Source: Alphaproteobacteria bacterium (GTDB lineage: Bacteria; Pseudomonadota; Alphaproteobacteria; UBA828). From it: a stretch of 64,000 nucleotides of DNA. The translations under genes and the position numbers were made by a program. The stretch covers positions 332,052-396,051 of the forward strand of contig OZ241738.1 in NCBI GenBank assembly GCA_965200925.1, given 5' to 3'. The first letter of the stretch is position 1, and every line of letters begins with the position of its first letter. A model generated the notes under the pieces. The model saw only the letters and a list, made by a program, of their open reading frames with translations. It ran no database searches and had not been told where the DNA came from. Shown here in pieces: positions 11,501 through 18,950 of this stretch.

Positions 11501-11660
11501 GCTTCGGCACCTCCGTCTGGCCCGGCCCCCCTTCCGCCACGCTCGGCGAGGAGATGGAGAAGACGATGTCGCCGTCGGTCGCCGCCAGCGCGTGGTGCGC
11601 CGACGCCGCGGCGAACGCCGCCAGCACCGCCGCCAGAGAAATCCGCGCGACCGTCTTCAT
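1..11660 (-). CDS. Giant Calx-beta-repeat autotransporter adhesin, copy A, 5' part only (the 3' end runs off the window start)
   Basis: Homologous to the 35485..56550 gene. The start codon ATG at 11660 (plus-strand cat at 11658-11660) precedes the signal peptide MKTVARISLAAVLAAFAAASAHHALA. No minus-strand stop appears in this frame, since no minus ORF is listed across 1-9450. The repeated motif is TLTLxDDDxLPTVALxLSxxSIxETGG...VTVTANGNxVDSPNKSVTVSG. Confidence 0.75.
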   Translation of the reverse strand, partial: MKTVARISLAAVLAAFAAASAHHALAATDGDIVFSISSPSVAEGGPGQTEVPKLPFVVALNRAPGRQVTVDWAAAADPGTAASGADYTAFSGGTLTFSATETSKTVEVTVTSDALDEPDETIRIALSNPSGAVLGSAATGVGTITDDDGTPILVLMLSDPYIAYPYTIRESGAGNATTVTARLSGTPSGEAITVTVSATASTGAVDGDFSLSTANTLTIAAGRKASAGTVTITATDDAIDSSGKFVTVSGAVDGGYGLVAAPVDLTLTIADEDSRPSSALALAPASISESGGVATVTATLSHPSAEAVTIAVSATASTGAVDGDFTLSTANTLTVAAGQTTSAGLVTVTAEPNNMDSPDKQVTVKGSASGTLGAADPPDATLTLRDDDGPPTVSLVLSSSSIAENGGVATVSAALGGPSSEAVTVTVAAAAVAASGAVAGDFGLSGGTTLTIAANATTSTGTVTITASDNDVDAPDKRVTVSGAAAGGNGVADPANATLTLADDEALPTATLALSDSSISETGGIATVTATLSGKSSAAVTVTVTVTAGSSWAVSGDFTLSTGTTLTIAAGATTSAGEVTVTANGNDVDSSHKRIVVRGAAAGGNGVADPRLMVLILEDDDALPTVELTLSPSTIDESGAGSTATVTAALSHPSSVPTTIRVLAFHSGDYSRSAANTLTIAAGDTVSAGAVTVAAVDNDVHSGNRRVMVGARYTFRLTRDPGRREWPRTFGGGNLFDLISPSARAVLTLKDDEALPTVALALSDSSISETGGISTVTATLTGKSSEAVTVTVGAAVGTGAVAADFTLSSAKTLTIAAGETTSAGLVTVTANGNAVDSPNKSVTVSGTAAGGNGVAAPPNVTLTLGDDDALPTVALALSSTSISETGGISTVTARLSGASSAAVTVTVAAAAGAGAVAADFTQSGTTLTIAAGATTSAGEVTVRANGNAVDSPNKSVTVSGAAAGGNGVANPPNVTLTLEDDETLPTVALMLSDSSISETGGVSTVTATLTGKSSAAVTVAVAAAAGSGAVAADFTQSGTTLTIAAGATTSVGEVTVRANGNAVDSPNKSVTISGTAAGGNGVAAPPDVTLTLEDDDAAPGVTLSLNPTSVSENGGVSTATATLSHPSSEPSTVTVQGVSGSYTVGTDATITIAAGSTTAASDTVLVTAVDDSIHQGSAGRSATVTAALANGQGAGAVTGATLTLTDDETLPTVSLALTPSSIAETNGVATVTARLSGASSAAVTVTVAAAAGTGAVAADFTLSGATTLTIAAGSTESAGLVTVTANGNDVDSPSKSVTVSGTAAGGNGVANPSNVTLTLTDDDALPTLALVLTPATVGENGGVSTVTATLSGKSSAAVTLTVSAAPVASTGAVSGDFALSSTTKLTIAAGATVSTGTVTVTAQDNAADEPDIEVRVSATAAGGNGAAAPSAVTLTIRDDEGPPTVTLALTPSTIDESGTGSTASVTATLNRASSAATTITVSVAPVASTGAAAGDYTLSSANTLTIAAGATTSSGTVTVAAVDNDTDAPNRQATVSGTAVNDQGVQPPVARTLTIADDDALPTVALALSDSSISETSGVATVTATLSGPSSAAVTVTVAAAAGTGAVGADFALSTAKTLTIAANATTSTGLVTVTANGNSVDSPDKSVTVSGTVAGGNGVAAPPNVTLTLEDDDALPTVALALSDSSITETGGVSTVTATLSGPSSAAVTVTVGAAAGSGAVAADFALSTGTTLTIAAGATTSVGEVTVTANGNSVDSPNKSVTISGTAAGGNGVTAPPDVTLTLEDDDAAPGVTLSLNPTSVSENGGVSTVTATLSHPSSEPSTVTVQGVSGSYTVGTDATITIAAGSTTAASDTVLVTAVDDSIHQGSAGRSATVTAVLANGQGTGAVTGATLTLTDDETLPMAALVLSDASISETGGVSTVTATLTGKSSEAVTVTVAAAAGAGAVAADFTLSTAKTLTIAAGSTTSAGLVTVTANGNDVDSPNKSVTVSGTAAGGNGVAVPPDVTLTLTDDDTLPTVALVLMPSTVGENGGVSTVTATLSGKSSAAVTLTVSAAPVASTGAVSGDFALSSTTKLTIAAGATVSTGTVTVTANDNAADEPDIEVRVSATAAGGNGAAAPSGVTLTIRDDEGPPTVTLVLTPSTIDESGTGSTAAVTATLNRVSSAATTITVSVAPVASTGAVAADFTLSSAATLTIAAGATTSSGTVTVAAVDDDTDAPNRQATVSGTAVNDQGVQQPVARTLTIADDDALPTVALALSDSSISETSGVSTVTATLSGPSSAAVTVTVAAAAGTGAVGADFALSTAKTLTIAANATTSTGLVTVTANGNSVDSPDKSVTVSGTVAGGNGVAAPPNVTLTLEDDDALPTVALALSDSSISETGGVSTVTATLTGPSSAAVTVTVAAAAGTDAVAADFTLSSVKTLTIAAGETTSAGLVTVTANGNAVDSPNKSVTVSGTSAGGNGVVNPPNVTLTLEDDETLPTVALALSDSSISETGGVSTVTATLTGPSSAAVTVMVGAAAGAGAVAADFALSTGTTLTFAAGSTTSAGLVTVTANGNDVDSPNKSVTVSGAAAGGNGVAAPPNVTLTLTDDDALPTVALALSDSSISETSGVATVTAMLSGPSSAAVTVTVGAAAGSGAVSGDFTLSTATTLTIAAGSTTSAGLVTVTAVGNSVDSPNKSVTVSGTAAGGNGVAAPPNVTLTLEDDDALPTVALALSDTSISETGGISTVTATLSGPSSEAVTVTVAAAAGTGAVAADFTLSSAKTLTIAASATTSTGLVTVTAVGNAVDSPDKSVTVSGTAAGGNSVAAPPDVTLTLEDDDALPTVALALSDPSISETGGVSTVTATLTGKSSEAVTITVGAAAGSGAVGADFALSTAKTLTIAAGETTSAGLVTVTANGNTVDSPNKSVTVSGTAVGGNGVAAPPNVTLTLTDDDALPTVALALSASSISETGGVSTVTATLSGASSEAVTVTVGAAAGSGAVGADFALSTAKTLTIAAGETTSAGLVTVTANGNTVDSPNKSVTVSGAAMGGNGVANPPNVTLTLEDDETLPTVALALSASSISETGGVSTVTATLSGASSEAVTVTVAAAAGTGAVSGDFTLSTATTLTIAAGSTESTGLVTVRANGNAVDSPNKSVTVSGAAAGGNNVANPPNVTLTLEDDDALPTVALALSASSISETSGVATVTATLTGASSAAVTVTVAAAAGTGAVSGDFTLSTATTLTIAAGSTESAGLVTVTANGNTVDSPNKSVTVTGTAAGGNGVATPPNVTLTLEDDETLPTVALALSASSISETSGVATVTATLSGASSAAVTVTVGAAAGTGAVAADFDLSSATTLTISAGATTSAGLVTVTAVGNAVDSPNKSVTVSGAAAGGNGVATPPNVTLTLEDDDALPTVALVLTPPTVGENGGISTVTATLTGPSSEAVTVTVAAAAGSGAVAADFDLSAAKTLTIAANATTSTGLVTVTAVGNAVDSPDKSVTVSGTAAGGNGVAAPPDVTLTLEDDDALPTVALALSDSSITETGGVATVTATLTGKSSAAVTVTVGAAAGTGAVAADFTLSSAKTLTIAAGSTTSAGLVTVRANGNAVDSPDKSVTVSGTAAGGNGVANPSNVTLTLTDDETLPTVALALSSTSISETGGVATVTATLTGKSSAAVTVTVGAAAGTGAVAADFTLSSAKTLTIAANATISTGLVTVRANGNAVDSPDKSVTVSGTAAGGNGVAASPDVTLTLTDDETLPTVALALSSTSISETGGVATVTATLTGKSSAAVTVTVGAAAGTGAVAADFTLSSAKTLTIAANATTSAGLVTVRANGNAVDSPNKSVTVSGTAAGGNGVANPSNVTLTLTDDETLPTVALVLVPATVGENGGVSTVT

Positions 11661-11750
11661 CGCACCGCCGATACCGCCCGACCGCACCCCCAAATCCATC
11701 GATGGCAACCGCCGACAGGGTTTTCAGTGGCCGGTGATCGGTGCTGGCAG

Positions 11751-14700
11751 TCAGAAGCGCACCTTGATGGTCACCCCGCCGCCGTAGTCGCGCGCCCCCG
11801 TCGCCCAGCGCGCCGCCCCTTGCAGCGCGTAGCGGCCGCCGTCCCATTCGACCGCGCCGCCGGCCTCGACGAGCACCCGCGTCGCCTCCGCCTTCGACGA
11901 CAGACCCACGTCCGACACCTTCACCGCAGTCTCCCGCGAGAACGCGCGCTCGACGTCGACCGAGCCGAACAACCGGCTCCCGCCCTCCGACGCCTCCACC
12001 CTCACGCCCGCGCGGCCCGTCGCGGCCCGGCCCTTGTCCAGCGACACGCGGGCTTCCACCGCGTCCGTGAAGTCGTCCATCCCCACCCGCGAATACGAGA
12101 GCCGCGCCCGCGGCGTCGCCGTCAGCGCCCCCAGCGGACCCGAACCCAGCGCCACGCGGCGGCCCGCCTCCACGCCAACCGCATGGCCGAAGGCGCCGAC
12201 GTCCCGCTTCAGCGACCCGCGCTGCCCGGACTCCAGGGCCACGTCGTACCACGTCGCCGATACCCCGCCGTCCACGTACACGCCGTCGGACAACCGCCAC
12301 GACACCGACGCCCCGACGCCGTTCCCCGCAACATCGATCCCGCCGTCGTTCCCCGACACCTCCGCCGAGGCGCGGCGGTGATGCGCCGACAGGCTGGCCA
12401 CGCCTGCCTCCAGCGGAAAGTCCACGCCCGTCTCCACCCTGTAGCGGCGCTGCGTCCACGCCAGACGGCCTCCGGACGTCGACGTCGACCGCTCCGTCTC
12501 GCGCGAACCGCCCGACGTCTCGATCCGCGCCCACACCCCGTTCGGCGAGCGCGGCGCCGCCATCCGGTCATGGAACCCCGACGTCCCGTTCAGACCCAGA
12601 AGCACCGACGGCAGCGCCTCGTACACCCGCACGCGGGGCGCGTACTCTCTCACCAACCTCCCGTCGTGGCCGATTCCCACGTCGAAAGGCCCCAACGGCA
12701 CCGAACGCGCCGAACCGGGCGCCCCGAGGTCGTCGATCCTGCGCCCGTCCGCAAAGACGTACCGCACTTCCGGCGGCGCGCCGTCGGCGTCCCGCATCGT
12801 GCCTTGAATCCGGTTGAGGAGTTGCTCCGCCGTCTCCCCCGGGGCTTGCCGGATCGACACCACCAGTTCGCCGCTGGCGCTGCGGATGGCCTCGCCATCG
12901 ACGCCCGTCACGCGGCCGGCCTCGCCGATCGCCACCGTGCCGCCGCGATCCAGCAGCACGCGACCGGCCGTGCCCGCCACCCGCACCGTGCTCTCGGTCG
13001 CTACCCGAACCGTCCCGGTGACTGCACCACCCGGGGCCACCGACACCGCGTGCTCGCCGCTGCCCAGGGCCAGGATGTCGCCCATGACCACGCCCGCCAC
13101 CGTCACGGTCAGGTCCCCGGTCTCGCTGCGGATGCCGACTCCCTCCACGCCCGTCACGCGACCGGAAGCGTCCACCGTCACCGTGCCGCCCCGGTCCAGA
13201 TGCACCCGGCCGACGACGCCCGCCACCCGCACCGTGCTCGCCGCCAGACGAACCGTTCCCGTCACGCTGCCGCCGCGCGCCACCGTCACCATGTGATCGC
13301 CGTCGCCAAGGCCCAGGACATCGCCCGTCACCATGCCGGCCACGGTCACGTCCAGGTCGCCCGCTTCGCTGCGCAACGCTTCGGCCGCGCCTTCGACGCC
13401 CGTGAGCCTGCCGGTCGCGGTCACCGTTACCGTGGCCCCGCCGCTGTAGAGCAGCCGCCCGATGCGGCCCGCCACCGTCAGCGGGCCGATCGGGTCATAT
13501 GCCGTGCCCGTGACGACGCCGCCTTCCGGAACCGAAAGCGTCAGCGTGCCGCCGCTCGGTGCGCGCAGGTCGCCCGCCACCCGTCCGGCCACGGTCACGT
13601 CCAGATTGCCCGCTTCGCTGCGCAGCGCCTCGGTCCTGCCGTCGACATCGACGCCGGTGAGCGCGCCCGTCGCGGCCACCGTCACCGTGGCGCCGTCGGT
13701 GTAGAGCAGCCGCCCGATGCTGCCTGCCACCGTCAGCGGCCCGGCGGGGTCGCGGACCGTCCCCGTGACGACGCCGCCTTCCGGAACCGAAAGCGTCAGC
13801 GCGCCGCCATCGACGCGGACGTCGCCCCTGACCGTCCCCGAAACGGTGGCCGTCAGATCGCCGCCATCGGCGAGGACGCCCACGCCCGACGTCGCGCCGG
13901 TCTCGCCCGTCGCGCCGACGGTGAGCCGCCCGCCGCCGGCCAAGTGGACGCCCGCGCCGGTTCCGCCCGTTACCGCACCGTTCACGGTCACGCTCTGGGC
14001 GTGGAGGTTCCCCTCCCCGGCGCCCGCGCCGCGGACGTAGAGGCCGTTCGCGCCGCCCGTGACGCGTGCGCCCTCGGCAACCGTCACCGCGATGGCGCCG
14101 TTCCTGTCATGCGGGACGGCGTAGAGCGCCTCCACGCCGTTGCCCTCGGCGGAAATCGAGCCACCGGTCACGTCCACCTGGATATCGCCGGCGTTGTAGC
14201 TCGCCGCGCGCTGCCGCACCCCGTCCTTCCAGTCGTCCGTGTAGGTGGCGCCGGAAAGAGCATCCAGCGCCGCCTCCAGACCGCTGCCCGTCAGGACGGC
14301 TTCCAGCACCGTGCGCTCGGCCGCCGAGAGCTTCTCCTGCTCCGCCAGCGCCGCCTGCTGCCGCTCCGTTCGAGCCGCCGCGGCGATGGCGAGGATCGCC
14401 GGGTCGCGGTCGCCCTGGCGGATGAAGGTCGCCATCCCGGTGTGGGACTGCACCACGGCGCGGATGCCGGCGCGGGAAAGGCCCAGGATCTCCGAGGCCG
14501 CGATCTCCCCCGCCCGGTTCGCCGTCGCCGCCCTGGCGGCGTCGCCGGGCGACTCGGCGATGCGCTTCCTCTGGAGATTCCGCGCCTCCGCCTTCCAGTC
14601 GGCGTCGTAAGCGGCGGGGAGCGCCGCAAGCGCCGTATCCAGCGCGTCCGAATCCCCCGACGTAATCGCCGAGAGGACGGCCTGCTCCACCGCCGACAGC

Positions 14701-16520
14701 GTCTCGTCGGCGCCCGCGATCCGGCCCCGGATGAAGGCCTCCGTCACCGAGGCGCCGACCGTGACCGTTCCGCTCGAGGCGACGTGGATCATCGGCGCGG
14801 TCCGGGCGGCATCGTCCGCCGTCTGCGCACCGTCGCCGAATGTGTGGCCGCTCGACCGCTCGGCCCAGGCGAGAACGCCGGCCTCCCGTGCCTCGACCTT
14901 GCCCCCGGGCGTGACCACGATGCGCCCCGCCGCGCTCGCGTCGTTCGTCGCCCGCGCATCCATTCCGATGGCGAACGGCGCCTCGATCGCCGTCCCCGCG
15001 CCCGTCGTTATCCCGACGGAGCCGAGGCCCGCCTGAAGCCCGAGCATCCCCGCCGTGTTCAGCCCCTCCACGGTGATGGCGCTGTCACCCGCCGCATCGA
15101 TGGCGATCGCCGCCGTACTCGCGGCGTTGCCTATATTGCCGACGACGCCGTAGGTCTCGTCGCCGGCCGTGGAGATGGCGGCGTCGTCCAGATCGACGTC
15201 GAGGCTGCCCGTGCCGGCGTGCCGGGCGTAGATGCCGTAGCTCGCGTAGCCCGTCGTGGTGACGGTGACGCCATCCGCGTAGATCGAGAGCGCCGCCTCG
15301 CTGGCGGCGTTGAGGTCGGCGGCGATGACGCCGTAGGAGTCGTCGCCCGTCGTCACGATGCGGCCGCCCGTCACGTCGATGGCGATCGCCCCCCCGCCGG
15401 TACCGGTATAGCCGAAGACGCCGTAGGAGCCGTCGCCCGTCGTGGAGATGGCGACGCCTTCCAGGTCGATGTCGGTTCCGCCCGCGCCGCGGTTGTCGGC
15501 GAGCACGGCGTGGGCGGAATCGTTCGCCGTAGTGACCGATCCGCCTCGCAGATCGAAGGCGATTCCGCCCGCGCCTTCTTGCCTGGCATAGACGCCGTTG
15601 GCCCGCGCTGTCGTGGAGATGGTGACGGCCGTCGAGTAGATGGAGAGCGACGCGGTGCTCGCGGAGCCCGCGACATGGCCGAAGATGCCTTGTGCGCCGC
15701 GACCCGCCGTCGAGAGGGAGCCGCGCGTCACCGAGACGGTGAGCGCCTCGCCTACGGCGTTGCTGATCAGGCCGTAGACGCCGTGGGAGTTCGAGCCCTC
15801 CGTGGTGACGTCGACGTCCGTCACGTCGATGGAGACCGCCCCCCCGCTGTTTCCTATGATGGCGCCGCCGATGCCGAAGGCGCCGTCGCCCACCGTCGAT
15901 ATGGAGCCGCTTTTCACATCGACGTCGACTCCGGTCCCGCCCGCACCCGTGTGCCGGCCGTAGACGCCATGGCCGCTGCCCTTCGTGGAGACGGCCACGT
16001 TCGCCAAATCGATGTCGATTCCGCCCGTGCCCTGATGCTGGGCCCAGACGCCTGCGCCCCCCGCGGTCGCGTCCGTCGCGGAGACCGTGCCGGCCGTGAC
16101 GGAGACGGTGATCGCTGCCGCGTTCGCGGAGTTCTCGATCAGACCAACAATGCCGTGATTGGCCGACGTGACGTCGACACCCTCTTTCAGAACGATGGAT
16201 ACACCGCCGGCGCCCCTTTGGTAGGCGAAGACGCCGTAGCCGCCCTGGCCCGTTGCGGAGAGGGCGCCGCCCGCCACTTCGACGTCGATTCCGCCCGTGC
16301 CCGTATGATGGGCGTAGACTGCGTATTCGTTGGCGACCGCCGTCGCGATGGCCGGGTTCGTGAGGTCGATGTCGATGACGGTCGCATCACCTTGCTGGCA
16401 GACGACCCGGTCGTTCACCCCCGGCGTGTTGCTGCACACGGCGGCGGCCTGCGCCTCCGCCGCGCCGAGCAGGAAGGCCAGCCCGAAGAGAAGCGCGCCA
16501 ATTCGCGCCCGGGTGTTCAT
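11751..16520 (-). CDS. Type Va autotransporter with glycine-rich beta-helical passenger repeats (1589 aa), copy A
   Basis: The Sec signal peptide is MNTRARIGALLFGLAFLLGAAEAQAAA. Passenger repeats read GGxGVxxxxxGAGG(I/T)D(I/V)DL. The C-terminal ~280 aa alternate hydrophobic residues and end in ...GGVTIKVRF, a classic autotransporter beta-domain terminus. The RBS AGGGAA lies 8 nt upstream of the ATG. Confidence 0.75.
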   Translation of the reverse strand: MNTRARIGALLFGLAFLLGAAEAQAAAVCSNTPGVNDRVVCQQGDATVIDIDLTNPAIATAVANEYAVYAHHTGTGGIDVEVAGGALSATGQGGYGVFAYQRGAGGVSIVLKEGVDVTSANHGIVGLIENSANAAAITVSVTAGTVSATDATAGGAGVWAQHQGTGGIDIDLANVAVSTKGSGHGVYGRHTGAGGTGVDVDVKSGSISTVGDGAFGIGGAIIGNSGGAVSIDVTDVDVTTEGSNSHGVYGLISNAVGEALTVSVTRGSLSTAGRGAQGIFGHVAGSASTASLSIYSTAVTISTTARANGVYARQEGAGGIAFDLRGGSVTTANDSAHAVLADNRGAGGTDIDLEGVAISTTGDGSYGVFGYTGTGGGAIAIDVTGGRIVTTGDDSYGVIAADLNAASEAALSIYADGVTVTTTGYASYGIYARHAGTGSLDVDLDDAAISTAGDETYGVVGNIGNAASTAAIAIDAAGDSAITVEGLNTAGMLGLQAGLGSVGITTGAGTAIEAPFAIGMDARATNDASAAGRIVVTPGGKVEAREAGVLAWAERSSGHTFGDGAQTADDAARTAPMIHVASSGTVTVGASVTEAFIRGRIAGADETLSAVEQAVLSAITSGDSDALDTALAALPAAYDADWKAEARNLQRKRIAESPGDAARAATANRAGEIAASEILGLSRAGIRAVVQSHTGMATFIRQGDRDPAILAIAAAARTERQQAALAEQEKLSAAERTVLEAVLTGSGLEAALDALSGATYTDDWKDGVRQRAASYNAGDIQVDVTGGSISAEGNGVEALYAVPHDRNGAIAVTVAEGARVTGGANGLYVRGAGAGEGNLHAQSVTVNGAVTGGTGAGVHLAGGGRLTVGATGETGATSGVGVLADGGDLTATVSGTVRGDVRVDGGALTLSVPEGGVVTGTVRDPAGPLTVAGSIGRLLYTDGATVTVAATGALTGVDVDGRTEALRSEAGNLDVTVAGRVAGDLRAPSGGTLTLSVPEGGVVTGTAYDPIGPLTVAGRIGRLLYSGGATVTVTATGRLTGVEGAAEALRSEAGDLDVTVAGMVTGDVLGLGDGDHMVTVARGGSVTGTVRLAASTVRVAGVVGRVHLDRGGTVTVDASGRVTGVEGVGIRSETGDLTVTVAGVVMGDILALGSGEHAVSVAPGGAVTGTVRVATESTVRVAGTAGRVLLDRGGTVAIGEAGRVTGVDGEAIRSASGELVVSIRQAPGETAEQLLNRIQGTMRDADGAPPEVRYVFADGRRIDDLGAPGSARSVPLGPFDVGIGHDGRLVREYAPRVRVYEALPSVLLGLNGTSGFHDRMAAPRSPNGVWARIETSGGSRETERSTSTSGGRLAWTQRRYRVETGVDFPLEAGVASLSAHHRRASAEVSGNDGGIDVAGNGVGASVSWRLSDGVYVDGGVSATWYDVALESGQRGSLKRDVGAFGHAVGVEAGRRVALGSGPLGALTATPRARLSYSRVGMDDFTDAVEARVSLDKGRAATGRAGVRVEASEGGSRLFGSVDVERAFSRETAVKVSDVGLSSKAEATRVLVEAGGAVEWDGGRYALQGAARWATGARDYGGGVTIKVRF

Positions 16521-16543
16521 GAGGCGTTCCCTGGCGGCCGTGC

Positions 16544-16565
16544 GGGGGGGGGGGGGGGGGGGGGG
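16544..16565. promoter_or_regulatory. Homopolymeric G tract (22 G; poly-C on the coding strand) 24 nt upstream of the autotransporter-2 start codon, a candidate phase-variation switch
   Basis: Seen directly in the sequence. The equivalent tract in copy B (61437-61461) is about 25 G with an adjacent A-to-G change. This length difference fuses an upstream ORF to the gene in copy B. Confidence 0.7.
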
Positions 16566-16854
16566 AGATTCAAGTGGGTACAGACCGGACAGACGGATGA
16601 CAGGTCATGGGATTTGGTCGGATGTTTCACGGCCTCTGCTCCCGAATGAAGACGCTCGTCGCGGCAGCGGGCGCTCCCGAATGAGATTACAAGGCACAGT
16701 CTACTATTCTCGTCCGAAGATAACAGGCCGGCCGCTCGGCAGTCGCATGACACGTAAGTGCGCGCCCCTACCATAAGGGATGCATCGCCCGCCGCCCGTT
16801 GCCGGAGAGCGTCACGGACGCGATTGATATGACTTTGGTCAGGAAACGACATCA

Positions 16855-17421
16855 TCAGTTACCTGCCGCTTTCAGCACCCGGGCCTGAGCCTTGCGGGCT
16901 TGCTGCACCATGCTGTCCACCTCCGCGTCGCGTCCTTCGCCGATCATTTCATCGCGTTTCAGCGTGGCGAGGAAGTAAGCGTGGAGAAAGGTCCGCTCAA
17001 TCAAGGATGTGAGGCCGGTGGGCATCGTGGGAGCCTGGGCTCCGGATTCGCTCCCGAAGGTCGTGGGCATTCGGTCGCGGATCAATTCGGCAGCATCGGT
17101 CCGGTCGTCGGAACGGCCGTGAATCGGCTTTCCGGCGTGCCCATCGGGCACGACAGCGGAGATGAAGTCGCGGATTTCGGAGACCTCCTGCTCGCGTCCG
17201 GACAAGATCAGGTCGCGCGCGAGGACCTGCGCGGCGAACAGCGAGGCCCTTGCGACCTGGATCTCTGCCTCGGTGCGCGGCCATTCGCGGCGGTCGAGGG
17301 CCTCCATGGCGAGCTCCACGACGAGCCGGTTCGCCGAAACGTCCCGCTCCCTTGCTGCGTTTTCGATGCGATTCCATTGCCCGGGCGTGACCCGGACGTT
17401 CTTTTGCAGCGTCCGTGCCAT
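16855..17421 (-). CDS. Ribbon-helix-helix (CopG/MobC-like) domain protein, ~188 aa
   Basis: The N-terminus MARTLQKNVRVTPGQWNRIENAARERDVSANRLVVELAMEAL fits an RHH beta-alpha-alpha pattern. The internal Met at 17421 was chosen over the ORF-track start at 17481. The C-terminal two-thirds has no recognisable domain. Confidence 0.45.
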   Translation of the reverse strand: MARTLQKNVRVTPGQWNRIENAARERDVSANRLVVELAMEALDRREWPRTEAEIQVARASLFAAQVLARDLILSGREQEVSEIRDFISAVVPDGHAGKPIHGRSDDRTDAAELIRDRMPTTFGSESGAQAPTMPTGLTSLIERTFLHAYFLATLKRDEMIGEGRDAEVDSMVQQARKAQARVLKAAGN

Positions 17422-17728
17422 CGGTTTCGCCAACCTTTTCGTGCGCTTCGGACGCAATCCGGTCCGGGAAACGTTGAACATTCCCGGCGCCGCGCCCGTC
17501 GGAAACCTCGTTCATGGAGCACGGAGCCCCCAAACGAGGCCTTCAACCAAGATACCAGATTGGTAGCCGTCGTCAACGAGCGCAGGCCTGCGCACACCCA
17601 TTCCGGTAGCTCGGCGTGGAAGCAAGCTTGTTCCAACACCCGCCGATACCGTCCCGTGTGACGGGGCAGTGACGCGCAAGGCGTTGAGATCGTTCCATGT
17701 ATGACGTTCGTCACACGCGGCGTATGCT

Positions 17729-17745
17729 GAAAGCATACACTTTTC
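17729..17745. promoter_or_regulatory. Perfect palindrome GTATGC-TGAAA-GCATAC in the RHH upstream region
   Basis: Seen in the sequence. It is conserved in copy B as GTATGCTGAAGGCATAC at 62619-62635. A 9-bp inverted repeat lies nearby, CGTGTGACG at ~17657 paired with CGTCACACG at ~17715. Confidence 0.4.
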
Positions 17746-18026
17746 CCAACAACACCCGGGCGGCATTTGTCGTCGTTTGCGCGGGAAACGGCATGACAAG
17801 CGCGCGCTCGGTTATGAGGGCACCTTGGTGCGTTGGGTGTGAGGGTGGAACGGCTTCCATGCCGTGAGAGTACCACAGGATGCGGAGAAAGGGGATTGGG
17901 GCCCCGGGTCGGCGAGGGGAGCGGGCCGGTGCGGGCGCGACGGTCGGTCGCGCGGTCGGTGGCGAGGTGAGGAAGGGAAGGGCCGATCCCTGTTGCGGGG
18001 ACCGGCCCAGGAGGTTGGGATGGTGT

Positions 18027-18950
18027 TCAGGCTGCGACGCGGTGGACGGGGATGCCGATCTGTCGCGCCTTGTCGATGAGGTTCTCGGTGATGCCGGAGC
18101 CGGGGAAGGCGACGAGGCCCTTGGGCAGGAGGTTGAGGAGGTCGTCGTTGCGTCGGAAGGGAGCGGCGCGTCCGTGTCTGTCCCAGTCGGGCTTGCAGAC
18201 GATCTGGTGGACTTCGTTGCGCTCGGCCCAGGAGGCGGCGATCCTCTCGGCACCGGGTCCGCCGCCGTGGAGGAGGATCATGTCGGCGTGCCGGTCCTTG
18301 ACGCGATCGAGGACGGTCCAGATGGCGTCGGCGTCCTCGGCTTCCTTGCCGCCGGCGACGGCGACGAGGGTTCCGTCGGGGAGGTGTGCGCGTGTCTCGC
18401 GGTCCTTGCGGGCGCGGATGAAGTCGCGTGCGTCGATGGCGGCGGAGGTGAGCCTGCCGGTGTGGCTGGTGTGAGAGCCGTGTCGGGGCCGCCACTGCTT
18501 GCCGGTCTCGGCGGTGTAGGCCTCGGCGGCGAAGTCTCGGAGCTTCTCGAAGGCGTCGCGCCGGTCGCCGAGGTTGTGTGCGCGCTCGGTGAGGCGTTCG
18601 AGCTGCCAGGCCTTGACCTCGGTTCCGTCCTGTGCGCGTCCGAGTTCTCGCATCTCGGGAGCGATGCCGTCGATGGCGCGGTCGAGGCGCTGGACCTGAG
18701 CGTGGAAGGTGTTGACGAAGCCCCAGAGGAGGCACTCGCGCTCGTCGGCGAGCTGGTAGCCGTCGGGTGCGATGTCCTGGGCGAGGATGTGGAAGGCCTG
18801 CTGGGTGCCTGCGATGGCCCCGTCCTTGTCCCAGACGGGCCGGTTGTCGGGTTCGTCGGGATCGGGTGTTGCGCCGTAGAGCCTGGCGGTGTCGCAGGCT
18901 GCGGCGGTGGGGGAGGCGGCGTATCCGGTATCGGTGTCGATGGTGTTCAT
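18027..18950 (-). CDS. SLOG-family (DUF2493/YspA-like) domain protein, ~307 aa
   Basis: The C-terminal region ILLHGGGPGAERIAASWAERNEVHQIVCKPDWDRHGRAAPFRRNDDLL resembles the DUF2493 signature. A strong RBS AGGAGATCGTC precedes the ATG at 18950. The N-terminal 180 aa is unassigned. Confidence 0.55.
   Translation of the reverse strand: MNTIDTDTGYAASPTAAACDTARLYGATPDPDEPDNRPVWDKDGAIAGTQQAFHILAQDIAPDGYQLADERECLLWGFVNTFHAQVQRLDRAIDGIAPEMRELGRAQDGTEVKAWQLERLTERAHNLGDRRDAFEKLRDFAAEAYTAETGKQWRPRHGSHTSHTGRLTSAAIDARDFIRARKDRETRAHLPDGTLVAVAGGKEAEDADAIWTVLDRVKDRHADMILLHGGGPGAERIAASWAERNEVHQIVCKPDWDRHGRAAPFRRNDDLLNLLPKGLVAFPGSGITENLIDKARQIGIPVHRVAA

Noticed and set aside
9451-12534. A 1027-aa minus-strand ORF rich in Gly, Arg and Asp. 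Its copy at 54335..57424 and other Arg/Gly/Pro-rich ORFs, such as 8286..9512, 9558..16649, 17812..19254 and 19264..20187, belong with it.
   Set aside because: These are alternative frames over real genes, with GC-artefact composition. They overlap well-supported CDSs in other frames.
16517-16855. A 112-aa minus ORF upstream of autotransporter-2 ending in PPPPPPP.
   Set aside because: The poly-Pro is simply the translated poly-C tract. The region is the promoter/5' region of the autotransporter gene.
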